Source: Geosiphon pyriformis uo1
Lineage: Eukaryota > Fungi > Glomeromycota
DNA length: 64,000 nucleotides
NCBI GenBank assembly: GCA_016748015.1
Contig: JAAOMT010000211.1
Coordinates: 254,933-318,932 of the forward strand
Reading direction: 5' to 3'
Both the position numbers and the translations under genes were made by a program. Positions 1 to 14,582 of this stretch are shown piece by piece. Below the pieces are notes generated by a model. That model made no database searches. It was not told where the DNA came from and worked only from the letters and a program-made list of their open reading frames with translations. Each line of letters opens with the position of its first letter. Positions within the stretch are counted from its first letter, which is position 1.

Positions 1-2750
1 TTCTACTTGACAAAAATATTGATATCTTAAACATTATATATAGTAATCTTTTAAATTAAATCAGTTATTAAGATATAAAAAACACCAGAGCACTTGAATT
101 AAGATACATCTAATCTTACCAGAACAAAGAAAATAAAAATCTCAAAAACAACCAATTTCGATTTCAAACCACTTACTTTGGCAGTCAAAACTTTAAAACT
201 GCTTGTATTTAAACTTGAAACATTATTTATTGCCAATAAAAAAGAAGAAAACAACATTTGCAAATTATCCAAAATCATATCTGAATTCGAATTTACACTA
301 AAGTCTGTTAAGTTAATTAAGCTAAGATGCAAAGGAGATGAAACAAAATAGAAAGATATTAAATCTATACTATCCAATCTTTACACAATACTAGAGACTT
401 AGTCAGCCAACAATTTCAGAGACTATTTTAAAGATGCCAACTAATTGTTAATTAGAAAAGCTTTTTAAGATACAAAAAAAATAACATTAAGACAAGAAAC
501 ACCAGAAAAAAATAACTTAAGAAAAAAATCAAATAAGCTTAAACAAGAACAGCAACTGAAAAAACAACTTGTGTCCAAAATTTGTTTTCAAATAATACAG
601 ACTATAAGATAGGACCATTTTTTTAGCATATAAATATATCAATTAAAAATAATTTTCATCTAAGATATATTTTTTATAAATTTTTTTCATAACAGTAGCA
701 AACATGTTACAAGTAATTATTTAAGATATTAGAACAAATAATAAACCTATAACTTGGTACTCAATAATTGTTAACAATAGTAATTTCTGAAAATTTTGTA
801 ATTTAAAAATTTTTATTGAGTTTTTTATATAATAGACAAAGATTCAATTAATGATTTTTTCTCAATTTCTGTTTTTAGCATAATGGCCAGTTTAATCTGG
901 CAGTTATGTTCTTCTGATAAGCTATTTTTAAGTTTTCTATTTTTGTTTCACAGGTTTTTTACCAAGCTATTTTTGATGTTAATTATTTAATACTTAATCT
1001 CTTAATTAATTAATAAACAACAAAAAAAATAAAATAAAAAAATAAAAAAAAATAAAAAAAGAAATAAAAAATTAGTATTCTGTTAATAATCATAATTAAA
1101 AGCTATTAGTTTAACATAAGTTGTTAATAGTATGAAAATAATTAATATTTTTTAATCAAGTAATAACAACATAAATTAGATGATAATAAATATTTTTATT
1201 GATATAGATATGATTTTACTTCAAGTTATAAAAAACTATTTTTTAAAGAAAAAGTTATTGAATAATTACTTATCTCTAACTACTATTTTATAGCTATTGT
1301 TTTGTCTTTTCTGTTTTTAATACTTTTATTATATATATATAATTTTACACATTTCTCTTTTTTTTATGTTACTTTCTGAAAATGTGCTTATTTCTGAAAA
1401 TATAATTATTCATTAAGTACTATTTTTCTATTGGTTTATTTTATGATTTGTTTTTTTTATCTTTTTTTGGTACTTTTTTTTTTATAAATAACAATATTTG
1501 TAAAATTATAATCGAAAAAAAAGTGGTCAAAACATCCACATTTTTTACATTAAACCAGTTCTAATCTAGCCCAAGAGAATTTTACATTTCCAAAAATTAG
1601 CTTTGTATAAAAAACTAACTCCAAAGTATTATTTAATTCAAATCAAATTTAACTATAACACAATAAATTTTATTGTCATTTTCAAATAATTAATTGATAA
1701 TATATGTTTTTTTACCAACTTTATTTAATAAAATGCCAAAATTATAAGTTATTCTTACAGACAAAGTAAATAAAAACACTCTAAACTGATTTTTTGACAT
1801 TTAAACATTATGATTTTCCACAGCTTTTATTATGTACACTAAATTTTTTCCAATTAAAAATGACTATTTGGTTGCCAATTGATTTATCTGACTTAATTCA
1901 GCAAATTTTATTACAGTTTTTTGTTACAGTTTTTTGTTACAGTCCAATTAATTACAATTAAATTGACTTAATTTGATTAAACTCAAATATTACAATGCCA
2001 ATTATTTCTTTTAATGTATTTATAGAAATCTTTTTAATAACTACAGTTTAATCTAATCTAATTTTTTGTTTTTTGATATTATTGTTTATGATAATCTTTT
2101 TTTTTAGCCAATAATACAGCTTTTTTTATGCTCTTTTCTAATATAAATATAGATCTAATAATTTCCTCAAATTTTAAGAAAATAGTGGCCTTTCCAAAAT
2201 TATTAATTAATGAAAATAATTTTCTGATATACTAAATCTTAATTGTTATTAATTTGCTTTCAACTGCTGGAAGATTAATATTCAAGACAAATGACTTTTT
2301 AACAGACACTTCTATTTAAGTTTTAATTATTTTAAGATCAATCTATTTTTTGTCCAGAAAAATAAATAAGCAAGGAGAAAAAAACTCTTATTATTATCTA
2401 TATTATAGTAAGAAAAACCAAAAACAATACCAATATTTACTTACTTGGCCTTAAAAGTATTTGTTTTAAAATCAAACTGCTTTTCATTTTTACTATTTGC
2501 TCCATATCTATTATTACTATTAAGAAAGACCATTTTAAGAGCATTTTTATTTGTATTTATTCTAGTAAACTGACTAATAACATGTCTAAAACTACTAAAA
2601 TTTAAGTATATTTTATTATTTAAATGTTTTACTTTGCCAAAAAAAGTTTTTAACTTTTAAGTTAAGCTTTCATTAACTGAACCTAAAGCCAAAACTCTGG
2701 TTGGCCTCCTCTTAATTGCAGAACTATTTATGATAACAGCCAACTTAATA
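1..2750 (-). mobile_element. Heavily decayed non-LTR retrotransposon (LINE) ORF1 region and start of ORF2 endonuclease
   Basis: The minus strand reads VSVKKSFVLNINLPAVESK...IRKLFSLINNFGKATIFLKFEEIIRSIF (~2310-2150) and SDMILDN...SSFKVLTAKVSGLKSKL (ORF 99-377). Next comes a decayed I-T-D-L-I-*-K-I-T-I-Y-N-V resembling an APE endonuclease start (xxWKIATCNVRG). It contains many stops and resembles Geosiphon-type LINE proteins as recalled. Confidence 0.6.
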
Positions 2751-4259
2751 ATAAAGAGATTTGTTTCTTAAAAAATTGTGAAATATAAAAACAAAAAAAC
2801 ATTTTTTTTATTTAAAATTCATGCTCTTTAGAGAATTTTAAACATAAAAGAGAAAAAAGTTTTTTTGTTACAATAATATAATATGTTTTAATAATATATT
2901 TAATTAAGTTTATATTAAACATAATTTATTTTTAATTTTTATATTTTAATTATTATTAAAAATATGTAATTGTAATTTTTTTAATTTAAAAATTTTTTAA
3001 TATTGTGGTTAAAATTAACATATTAAAAAAATGTATTTAATAAAAAAATTGTTAATTGTAAAAATTAATAAAAATAAAAAAAACTTTTTTTTAAAATTTC
3101 AAGTTTAAAGTTTGGTTTTGGTAATATTTATATTAACAATTATTATTAATTATTTTGTTATAAAATTAATCTATTGTTTTTAAAAAATAATTGTTTTTTT
3201 AAAAAACTTAATTACATATATTTTTATAATACTAGACAAAATTAAAATTCTATAAATATTTTTACCAGTATTTTAATATTTTATAAAGTTAAATTTTTAT
3301 TTATTTAGTTAAGCTTATTAAATTAATAATAAAAAAGATTTAAAGCTGTTAAATTTAATAATAAGTTACAATTTAAAATTAAAGCAATTAAAAAGATTTA
3401 ATCTTTAATTTTAATATAAAAACAGCATCTTATTTTATATGTAAATATGTAGTGGTTGGATCATATTTTGTTATAATATTTATTGAAATTATTATTATTA
3501 AAAATTACAATTAATTTTATTATATAAAATTAAAATTTTTATAAGATAAATATATTTAATATGAACCAATAAATTTTACTTTAATTTGTTTTTTACATAA
3601 TAATTCTGATTATAATTTTGCGGTTTAATTTATTTCGGTAATATTATAAAAATAATATTTTTGAGCTTTTAAAGTCAAAGAAATTCATATATATATTTTT
3701 AAATTAACCCATTTTCACATTGTTTTTGATTTTATCATAAATATTATAGAAATTAATTTTAATAATTATTTTGGTGTATCAAGCTTTTGCATTAACATTA
3801 GTTTACTAAACTGTTTTTTCAGTGTCGTTTTATAGATTAAAAAAATGCTAAATTTATTTTTTACTTAAATTGCATTTTCTATAAATCATAAGAAAATATA
3901 ATTACGATAAAAAAAGGATTTAATTTTTTATATTATTACTGTTTAAATTAGTTTTGAAAAAGTGGTCAAAGAAAATCCTTTATTTCTAAAAACATTCCTA
4001 TTTTATTGCAAATAATTAATCTTTAACAAAATATTTGACAGTAAAGGGTTAGGATTTTTTTCCTTATATACCAATTGATCCCATCATGGATTCTTCTTTC
4101 TGCAAAGAATTTGTTACACATATTTGATTTTGTCCAAGTCAATATTAGTCTGGTTTAGACCACATTGGAAAAGTACTAAAGGATTATCGAAGAAAGTAAC
4201 CGAAGTATTAAGGTTTTCATAACACCTACTTTTCCTTTACGTACAGAGTCCTGGCTACA

Positions 4260-5386
4260 ATGTGGGCCTGTTTGTATAAAACTTGTCCGTGTCTACCCCG
4301 TCGAGGAGACATGCAACCACCGTTTAATCATTATTCATATGATAACGACGATGATCCCGTTGAGTTCGTAAACTTGTTGGCAGAACAAGATCCAGATTCG
4401 ATAACTGCCTTTCTCACTGGCAACCCCTTTTCTCGAGCACCAAATACACAAGGATATTTAGGAATTAACAACATGGGTACAGAAGACGAGTTTCCTGGCG
4501 ATGCCTCTGATCGTGGCAGCGTCCTACTTGACGACGAGACCGCTATACAGACACAAGACGCGCAGTTTCTTCCTGATGAACAAATAAGTAAACTTACGGA
4601 GCTTGCTAGTGAGCGGGTATGTTCATTTTCAATGGAATTTTGTTTTTTTTTTGGGATAAGCAGACGAGATAGCAAGGTTCTAGAGAATGGAACCCAAATT
4701 GCAGTCTTTAGGCTTTTTTCCGTGCTCGACCAACAAAGATTCTAATCAATCTTTAATCCTCTTTTAATTACTTGTATTTGATCAGTCAAAATATAATCTT
4801 ACAGATGCACAACTAGCAGCGGAAGAAGAAGAAGCTCGTCGCATTGAAGAGGAAGAAATTCAACGGAAAAGAGAAACAGCTAGACAAGCAGCTATAGCGC
4901 AAGGTCTGGTGACCTCTGAAGCCTTTAACAAAGATACAGTTTTTACCATTTCTGGCGACGATGACGATGAAGTTGAGGAATTTGGTAATCATGCTGTATT
5001 AAATTACAATGGAAAATCAAATGGTTCATCGGTTGAATTATCTGCGACCAGTCAAAACGGCACAGCATCTCGACAGTCTCAAGAGGAACAATTTTCTATT
5101 CTCAATAAGCCGAGAAATCCACGTCAACGTCTTTTTTCTTCGGATATAAACCAAGATGATTATGAGAATGATACAGAAACTGATATTCTGTAAGTAGTTA
5201 TTTTAAGGTGCAATACAAACTAGTTTATTATTAATTTTAATGGTCACTAACTAAATTATGTAACAAATTTTACTTTATTTGAATACTGATTTCAGACCGC
5301 CCAAAAATATCAAAGACCAACCTCCAATTCTACCTGAAACCCATTTGGGGCCACCCTTATCCGTTTCCCTTCAAACCGAAGTATGA
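4260..5386 (+). CDS. Conserved-looking hypothetical fungal protein (multi-exon) with a Cys-rich N-terminus and a coiled-coil segment
   Basis: Exons ~4260-4616, 4786-5189 and 5297-5386 are joined by GT-AG introns. The product contains DAQLAAEEEEARRIEEEEIQRKRETARQAAIAQGL. Both ends are uncertain and an upstream exon is possible. Confidence 0.7.
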
Positions 5387-6354
5387 TACATATGAGTTTG
5401 ACCATTAATGTGATCCGTTTAGCCCAGGTGATTAAGAAATCGACCATCCTTTCTTGCAAATTTACCTGATTTTTCAGATAGTGTTGACCGTTTTTTCTGG
5501 ATTGTCAAATTAGGAGGAAACAAAGCTTCTCATGGGAAGAACAAGGAAATCCCATAAAATACGAGCAAGAAGTGAGAGGTTGACATACAATTAAACCTTT
5601 TAAATGATTTGAACATCGTCAACATCAAGCATTTTTCAGCGATCGAATTAGAGCAATTTTTTCAAAGGTACTTTCGCCTGGGTCGGTCACAGAAAGGACA
5701 TCCTTACATGATAAGAAATTGTTGACGATGAATTTTCTTAGAGACAATAAACATTTTTTCGATTACACGGGAATGTAAGAAACATTTATAGAAAATAAAA
5801 AAAAGCCTTTAAAACGATTATTATCTTGATTTCTACTTTGTCTGTCCGATTTATCTTGGCTCTGATCCTTTTCTCGATATTCACCCTATCCACACATAAA
5901 TTATTTATAAATAATCTTTCATCCAATGTACATTGACTTCATTTTTCCGCTTATTTAAAACATTTCACCTCAGCTCGCATCTCTTCACACGTTCTCCTTC
6001 TTGAATGAGAAATTTCAAGTTGGAATTATCAAGAATCGGAAGCTCATATTGATTTTTTTTACGAGCCTTGATTTTTTTGTTTTTATTGTCGGACGCGATA
6101 AGTCTTATGAATGAATGGCTGTAACATTATTAGCTTGTATTTTCAATTATAATTATAATTATTTTGTCATCGAAGTAAAAAAAAATGTTTTATAGCTTAA
6201 TCCGAATCAAAATAAAGCGTAATTTACACACATGATACTGTACATTCGATTCGAGATCCGCAGCAAGTCTGGGTCAAAATTTCGAATTAAATAAACGGTT
6301 GGCGTACACGATGATGCATATTAGAAGAGTCACACAACACTTAGTTTTTATCAC

Positions 6355-8100
<1,746 letters not shown>

Positions 8101-8527
8101 AGTGAACCGCGAAAAGTAAAAATTTTGTTGGATACCCGAGAGTTCAAAAAAATCAAGATCACAAGATTTTCTAATGGAAATTTTTTAATGAAAAAATGGA
8201 AATTGAGTAAATTAAAAATACTATTTGGGTAAATGATAAATGTCTTGGTGTTAAAAATACATTGGTATAAAAAGATCTTTGTGGTTAAAAATATATTGTT
8301 ATAAAAACATATTATTATATGAGGCATGCTGTAACAAAACCAGACAAAGTGAACATTTGACGTCATACAAGCATACCTTAAATTTGTTGGATTAAAACTT
8401 TCCATGACTAATTCTTCCTCTAGTAGCCAAGCTTGTAACTAAAACGATTCTCATCAATCATGATTATTCTAAAGAACTCTTTATTACATCCTTAATTTGA
8501 ACGTAAGTTACGTTATGAAACAATTCA

Positions 8528-9183
8528 TCACTCTTCTTGCTCAGGACCTATGTTCTCTCTTTTTTTCGGCGATGGATGGACGTCAGCTATTGTGACGACA
8601 TTCGATCGCTTCGGGTTTTTCTTATTTTTCCATCTTGTAATGTTGTTAGAGCTTTTTTTGTTATTCTCAATACCTTCAATATTTTCATAGTCTGCGTGAT
8701 TAAAAGCTGGATTGAATAAAAAAAAATTAATTTTTTAAAAGAATTTCAAAATGATCTGATATAGATTTACCTTGGCATATATCGCCTCTACCAGTGCGTC
8801 CAAAGATTTGCTGAAGTTGTTTTCGTCCGCATACACTTCAACCGGCTCTTCTCTTGTATAACGACAAACTTCCCGGCTTGGCAATCAAGATTTGTACGGA
8901 CTAAAACGGCACCTTTAAATGTAATGATCGTTAGTTAAAGTTAGGAAAGTCATTTTAAGACATTAGCACACACTAATCTGCATGTGCGAAGCCAACTACG
9001 TTCAGTTTCCACAGCTTCTCTTCAGCAAACTGTACCTTTGCCGGCCAGATTGATGAAGATATCTTTCAAGGTTCTGGCCGCATTCTTTCATTAATTTGGT
9101 ACCGTGCACACTCTCCCACTTAGGACCAGCTTCCAAGGCCGCCCAGTCTGTTGATGTCGATCCCATAGTCTTGACGTAGCCAT
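8528..9183 (-). other. Orphan GC-richer, apparently spliced locus with no clean ORF model
   Basis: Clear intron at 8707-8770 (AG|GTAAAT...CCAG) and a probable intron from 9035 to 8913/8901. The terminal exon stays open for ~59 codons, but every full-length spliced frame I could build hits a stop. Confidence 0.4.
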
Positions 9184-9582
9184 CCCCTTTTTACCGACTG
9201 CTTTTCGCTGAATGGGCTCAATACTCCAAAGTTTTATAATTTACTATATTTAATAAGGTCTACATAATTCAAAATTCAAAATTATATTTTTTAAATTAAG
9301 TTATCAATATAATTTTTATTTCCATCATAAATTACATTGTAATTTTTTTCTTATCAAAAATACTTTTAATTTAATTAACATAATAATTTATAATTTACAA
9401 ATAATTATTATTATCGTTATATTTTTAGAATTATTATTAATATAATTAAATAATTAATTATATAATGTTATTACAGTTTTGATATTTACGTATAAGTCAA
9501 TACAGTCAGATCAGATTAGTCACGAAAAATATTAAATATAACCTCGACCGAAATTATATCTCCACTTTTTACTCTTTCCAAC

Positions 9583-11145
9583 ATGAATCACTTTAATAGT
9601 GACCCGTTTAATGGCGGACCCAAACCTGACATTATAATACAAGAACTTGACAGTGAAAAAATAAAATTTATTTTGACCAATACTGAATTAAGGCAATTTT
9701 TAAATATTGAAATTTAGTGGTTTAGCCTTCATTAGTAGTAACTATAATTTTGCTTTGGCGAAATAGTGTCGCTAATGCCCTCCGACGACTCATGATTGCT
9801 GAGGTCCCAACTATAGGTATCCTTCCCACCCTTTGTTTTTCCATTATACAAGTCTGAAGCATTTTAACTCAAGGATAATGAACCAATAGCAATTGACATG
9901 GTTGAAATCGAACTAAATACTTCGGTGCTTGCTGATGAATTTATCGCCCACAGACTAGGGTTGATCCCATTAGACAGTATGGAAGCAGAGAAAATTAAAT
10001 ACACTCGGGTTTGATTAAATATCTTCTTTTTCCCTTGCATTTTTTTCGGTCTCTCAATCATCCTGATAATTGCGATGTTTTTAGGAATGTAATTGTAGTC
10101 AATATTGTCCAAACTGTTCTGTCGAATTGACTTTACATGCCAAGTGTCTGCAAGAGAATCAGACTCTTGACGTCTGCAGCAGAGACTTACAAACAAGCGA
10201 TCCTCGTGTTTCACCTATTCTGAAACGTTCGTATACATTATTACACTAATTGCCATATTTCTTTATTTTTTTTCTCTCAAAACTTATATCTCCTTTCATT
10301 CCCCATCCCTTTCAAGACGAAGATGATAAAGGCATCTTAATTGCCAAGCTTCGTAAAGGTCAAGAATTGAAAGTAAAATGTGTAGCAAAGAAGGTTAGCA
10401 GTTTGATATTTCTCTCTGAATAGAAATTATTTCTCATCCTCTGATTTTTCCTGACCTCAGTGCCTAATATAATTCAAGGGGGTTGCTAAAGAACATGCAA
10501 AGTGGAGTCCATGTGCTGCTGTCGCATTTGAATACGATCCTCATAATAAATTGAGACATACTCACTACTGGCTTGAAGAGGACGAGAAAAGGGAATGGTA
10601 TGTCACCAAAAAATTATTTTAAAAATTTCCTTTTTATAAAAAAAATTCATTTTCTCTATGGCGATTCAGGCCGCTAGGTCCAAATGCCCGTGAAGAGCCA
10701 CCATTGACGGAGGATGAACGTAAGTTGAATTCCCTGCACTTTTATATTTAATATACATTAATTTTGAGATAAAAAGAAAATTTGATCTCACTTTAAACAG
10801 CATTTGATTACAATGCAACCCCAAATAAATTCTATTTTTCTGTTGAGGTTCGTCACCTTTAATTTTTTGTTCGTAAGAGGATTGCAAATCTTTACATATA
10901 CTTAACTGAACTGATAACATGGTTTTACAAAGACTGTAGGCTCTATAAAGCCAGAGGAGATTGTCATGTCAGCTTTGAAACGTCTCCAAGAGAAACTAGG
11001 GATGTTGCAAATTGCTTTGGCTGACAACACCACAGAACAATTGCATCTAAGACAACTGCAACAACGACAACAAGAACAACAAGAAGCTCAAGAACAAGCC
11101 TTGCTACAACCGCGTTATGTTGATTCAAGTCTTTCATTCTCTTGA
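9583..11145 (+). CDS. RPB3: RNA polymerase II subunit RPB3 (about 9 exons)
   Basis: Spliced translation includes [45 protein letters not shown], the C-x-C-x3-C-x2-C zinc motif, [18 protein letters not shown] and [12 protein letters not shown]. The last exon boundary is uncertain. Confidence 0.95.
9817..9889 (+). other. Probable U12-type (minor) GT-AG intron in RPB3
   Basis: 5' splice site GTATCCTT at 9817-9824 and branch-like ATTTTAAC at 9861-9868; splicing restores PTIA|IDMVE. Confidence 0.7.
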
Positions 11146-12415
11146 ATTCAATACTACCTCTTCCTTGATTCTAACCACTTTGGGAAAATTTTGAGAAAAA
11201 AACAACTTATTACAGTCCCATGTTTATAAGTTTATCCCTAGCATTCTCATAGTCAAAACTTCGGAAACATGCTTTAGGAATTCAAAGTTGTCTCGATAAT
11301 CCAGTATCGAAGAATAAAGATAAGGTGGATTTTATTTCCATAATTGTATTATAGTCTATTAATAAAGCAAAACTTATAATTTTCTCGGGCTTGCTTTCTC
11401 AGGAAATTTTCTGTCTAATGGCTTTTAAGTGGATGGGGATATGTAAAAAAAAATTACCGTTATAGATTAATTTATGATTTGAAATATTAGCAACAGAACT
11501 AAGATCGGTCTTTTCGAAGAAGAGTAGGCTTTCTGATATCCTTGGAATTTAACATCAGTTCAATTTTTTAAATATATTGAATCAATTAACAAGTATTTAT
11601 TTGATGGAAATTTATTTATTATTATTGAATAGGCTTAATGAATAAATGTGACAAAATTATCAGGTTGAAAATTTTATTATTAAAATTTTTATATTAATTA
11701 ATTGTTTGTTTATATTTTATTATTAGCAATAAGTGACAAATAATATTTAACAAATATATAAGAATTTATATTTTGACAATAAATTAATATAAAAATTTTA
11801 AATTATATATAATAACTTAATTTAAATAATTTCAATAAAAAAATTTAAAATTAATAAATGCTTTTAAAAAAAGTATAAAAATAAGAAAAGTTATATAAAA
11901 ATTAGTTGATAAAAATAATTATTTAATTGTTATATTAGTAATTTCAAATTTTATTGATTGTGAACATATAATAGTTATTTGCCATATTATATAACTTTTA
12001 AAGTTATAATTTTAATTAAGTTATTATTAATAACTTTTACCTATATTAACATACGTAGATCAGTATGGCACATGATAAAATTAAACAAACGGCTGCAAGT
12101 GAATTATTTAGACGCTGGGACTTGACAATTCAAATATTTCTGTTTTGCGAGGATGATACTAGATGGTCCGGGTGGTTTAGTTCAATTTATTTTTTTCTGT
12201 GAATAATTGGTATCAATATGATCGTTAACTTTGTAGTTTCTTTGTTATCACTTTCGTGGTGAGGAACAAGTCGCTTGTTAAATATCTGAAATTCCTTGAA
12301 TCGAAACGAACCCCCGTGAAATAACGAAGGCATCAATTGCAAAACCAGAAACTTGCAGTATTTTAAGATAACCTCGACAAAAATTATCGCACTCGTCAGA
12401 AAATTAACAGTTAAC

Positions 12416-13102
12416 ATGGCAGGTACGCCATCCAATAATAATAAGGAAGCTATATCAGAGACTCAGAATAAGGTTGTTAAAGAAGAAGCCCGCTCATTAT
12501 CTTTGAGTAGCTCTGATCCAGATAATGGTCTTTCGGCTTTGATACCAAGCAGTTCTGTTGCTATCTCAACTTTCACTGCTGTTCAAGAAGTTGTTGGGAG
12601 TTCCTTAAACTTAATTAGATCAACTACCGATTTAACGATGATGACGACAACACCAATAAAAAAAACAACTAAAAAAAATCCAGTGCTAATTCTTCCTCGC
12701 CCGGATTCAGGAGAAGAAAAGACTGATTTTGTTACCGACGCCGAAGATACCCAGTTCGAGCCCCCAATAAAAGAACAACGAAAATCGAATGAGTCGGTTT
12801 CGGGACAGTCTTCACCCACCAATGACAATGAAAGAAGATTTCCTTGCCTAATATGTGGTCATCGATTTTCACGAAAATACAACATGGAACAACACATGAA
12901 AACTCATGATCCCAATAGGAGAAAGGATTTTGCCTGCGATTTTCCTGGGTGCACTTCCACTTTCACCCGTAGACATGATCTAAAGCGACATACCCGAAAT
13001 ATTCATGTGCGTGAAATTAACCATCAGTGTGAGGTCTGTAACAAAGGTTTTAGCCGTAAGGATGCTTGGAAACGGCATATAGCAGCCTGTAGCAAATATT
13101 AA
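12416..13102 (+). CDS. C2H2 zinc-finger transcription factor (three C-terminal fingers)
   Basis: CLICGHRFSRKYNMEQHMKTH, CDFPGCTSTFTRRHDLKRHTRNIH, CEVCNKGFSRKDAWKRH; single exon, first ATG at 12416. Confidence 0.9.
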   Translation: MAGTPSNNNKEAISETQNKVVKEEARSLSLSSSDPDNGLSALIPSSSVAISTFTAVQEVVGSSLNLIRSTTDLTMMTTTPIKKTTKKNPVLILPRPDSGEEKTDFVTDAEDTQFEPPIKEQRKSNESVSGQSSPTNDNERRFPCLICGHRFSRKYNMEQHMKTHDPNRRKDFACDFPGCTSTFTRRHDLKRHTRNIHVREINHQCEVCNKGFSRKDAWKRHIAACSKY

Positions 13103-14496
13103 TTCCTTTCGAGGATCAAGATTGATTGGTTTTAACAATACAATCGCAATGGTAAACCTATATTGGATTGAACGACAATCGTGAAACCTATCATTCAATT
13201 TTGTTAATAATTTTTATTTTACCCTCTTTTGCACTCCTTTAATCATCCAATAATCTATTAAGTTTTAAATTATTTGAATAGAAAAAACCAATCAGTCAGT
13301 CGATTAGTAATTATGAAAGGTTTTTTTAAAAATTCAATCATAACATTTGAATAATGTAATCCTGATTAACAAACATGTTCTAAATGATATATACTATTAA
13401 CTTTATATAAAATTAGCTATATGAAATTGATTTATATCAAATCCAAAACTACAAGAAGAGAAGAATGCCCTTTATTAATAATACAAAGCATACATGAATA
13501 ACGAAAATAATTATTATGAAATCTACTTAAGTTGATTGTCAACAATTTTGGGTATTATTGTTGATGATGATTATTGTGTTCAATAATGTTTCTTAACGCG
13601 ATAAATCTTCACGGTGTTTAGAAATTTAAAAAAATCTCTTTTGCTTATTTGTTCTTCCACTATATAGCCTTGATTCATTAAATCATTTCCAGGTTTAAGT
13701 AAAAACTTGATTTTTCTATTTAGATAAGGATTTATCAAATTTCAAAAGAAGATGAATATGGTATTTAGGTGCAATTCAGAATTTTCAATTCATGCTAAAG
13801 CTTCGTTTTTATATATATCTAATTTAAAAGACGATTTCAACACATTTTGTGATTTTTTTATTCTATGTCTTTAAAATAACAGATATTAAAACTATCCAAA
13901 AATGTTTAAATAAAGAAAAATAATTTATAAGATATATTAAGAAAAAACAAGCATTAAAAAATTACAAGAATTAAGAAAACTATCAAAAAAATAAAAGATT
14001 ATAGTAAATATATAAGAATAATTCTATTTATATTAATACATTGTATAAAATTTTTTTTACAAAACCAAATAAATTACACATAAAATTAGTATGTAATAAA
14101 TAATAAAAATATGAATAAATACAAAAAAGCTCTTTATTTTTATAGAATTTGTAATTGTTTTGTTAAAATGTTTAAAAAAAAGTTTACCAAATTGTAAAAA
14201 AAATTTTCAAGTTTTAATTAAGACATTTTTTTAAAAATTTAACTTAAAAACATAAGTAAAAAGTTTTTATAGTTTTATAATAATATAAAAAATATCACAA
14301 TAAAAAACCAAAATAATAATTATTAATATTATTACAAATAAAAACAAAAAATAAATAAATAAATAATAAGAAAAAAAAAACTATTAAAAAATAATTGATT
14401 ATTTTTAATTTACAAATGAGTTTACAAAAACTTAATATTTAATTATAACAATAATAAAAAATAAGTTTTAATATATTAATAAAAATTATGTATTTA

Positions 14497-14497
<1 letters not shown>

Positions 14498-14577
<80 letters not shown>
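14498..14577 (+). repeat. (TAA)n microsatellite
   Basis: Directly visible run of taa with one tag interruption. Confidence 0.95.

Positions 14578-14582
<5 letters not shown>

Noticed and set aside
8330-8530. SECIS candidate downstream of the orphan locus (ATGA...AA...GGAT around the AACGTAACTTACGTT palindrome)
   Set aside because: Helix II pairs poorly by eye.
8860-8915. Antizyme-like +1 frameshift at TCT-TGA (minus strand)
   Set aside because: The +1 frame closes after ~32 codons with no antizyme motif.
8940-9225. RNase MRP/P-like motifs (GGAAAGTC ... AATGGGCTCA) on the plus strand
   Set aside because: The P4 helix cannot form properly and the other conserved regions are missing.
13480-13800. 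Possible degenerate coding fragment on the minus strand
   Set aside because: Too short and interrupted to assign.
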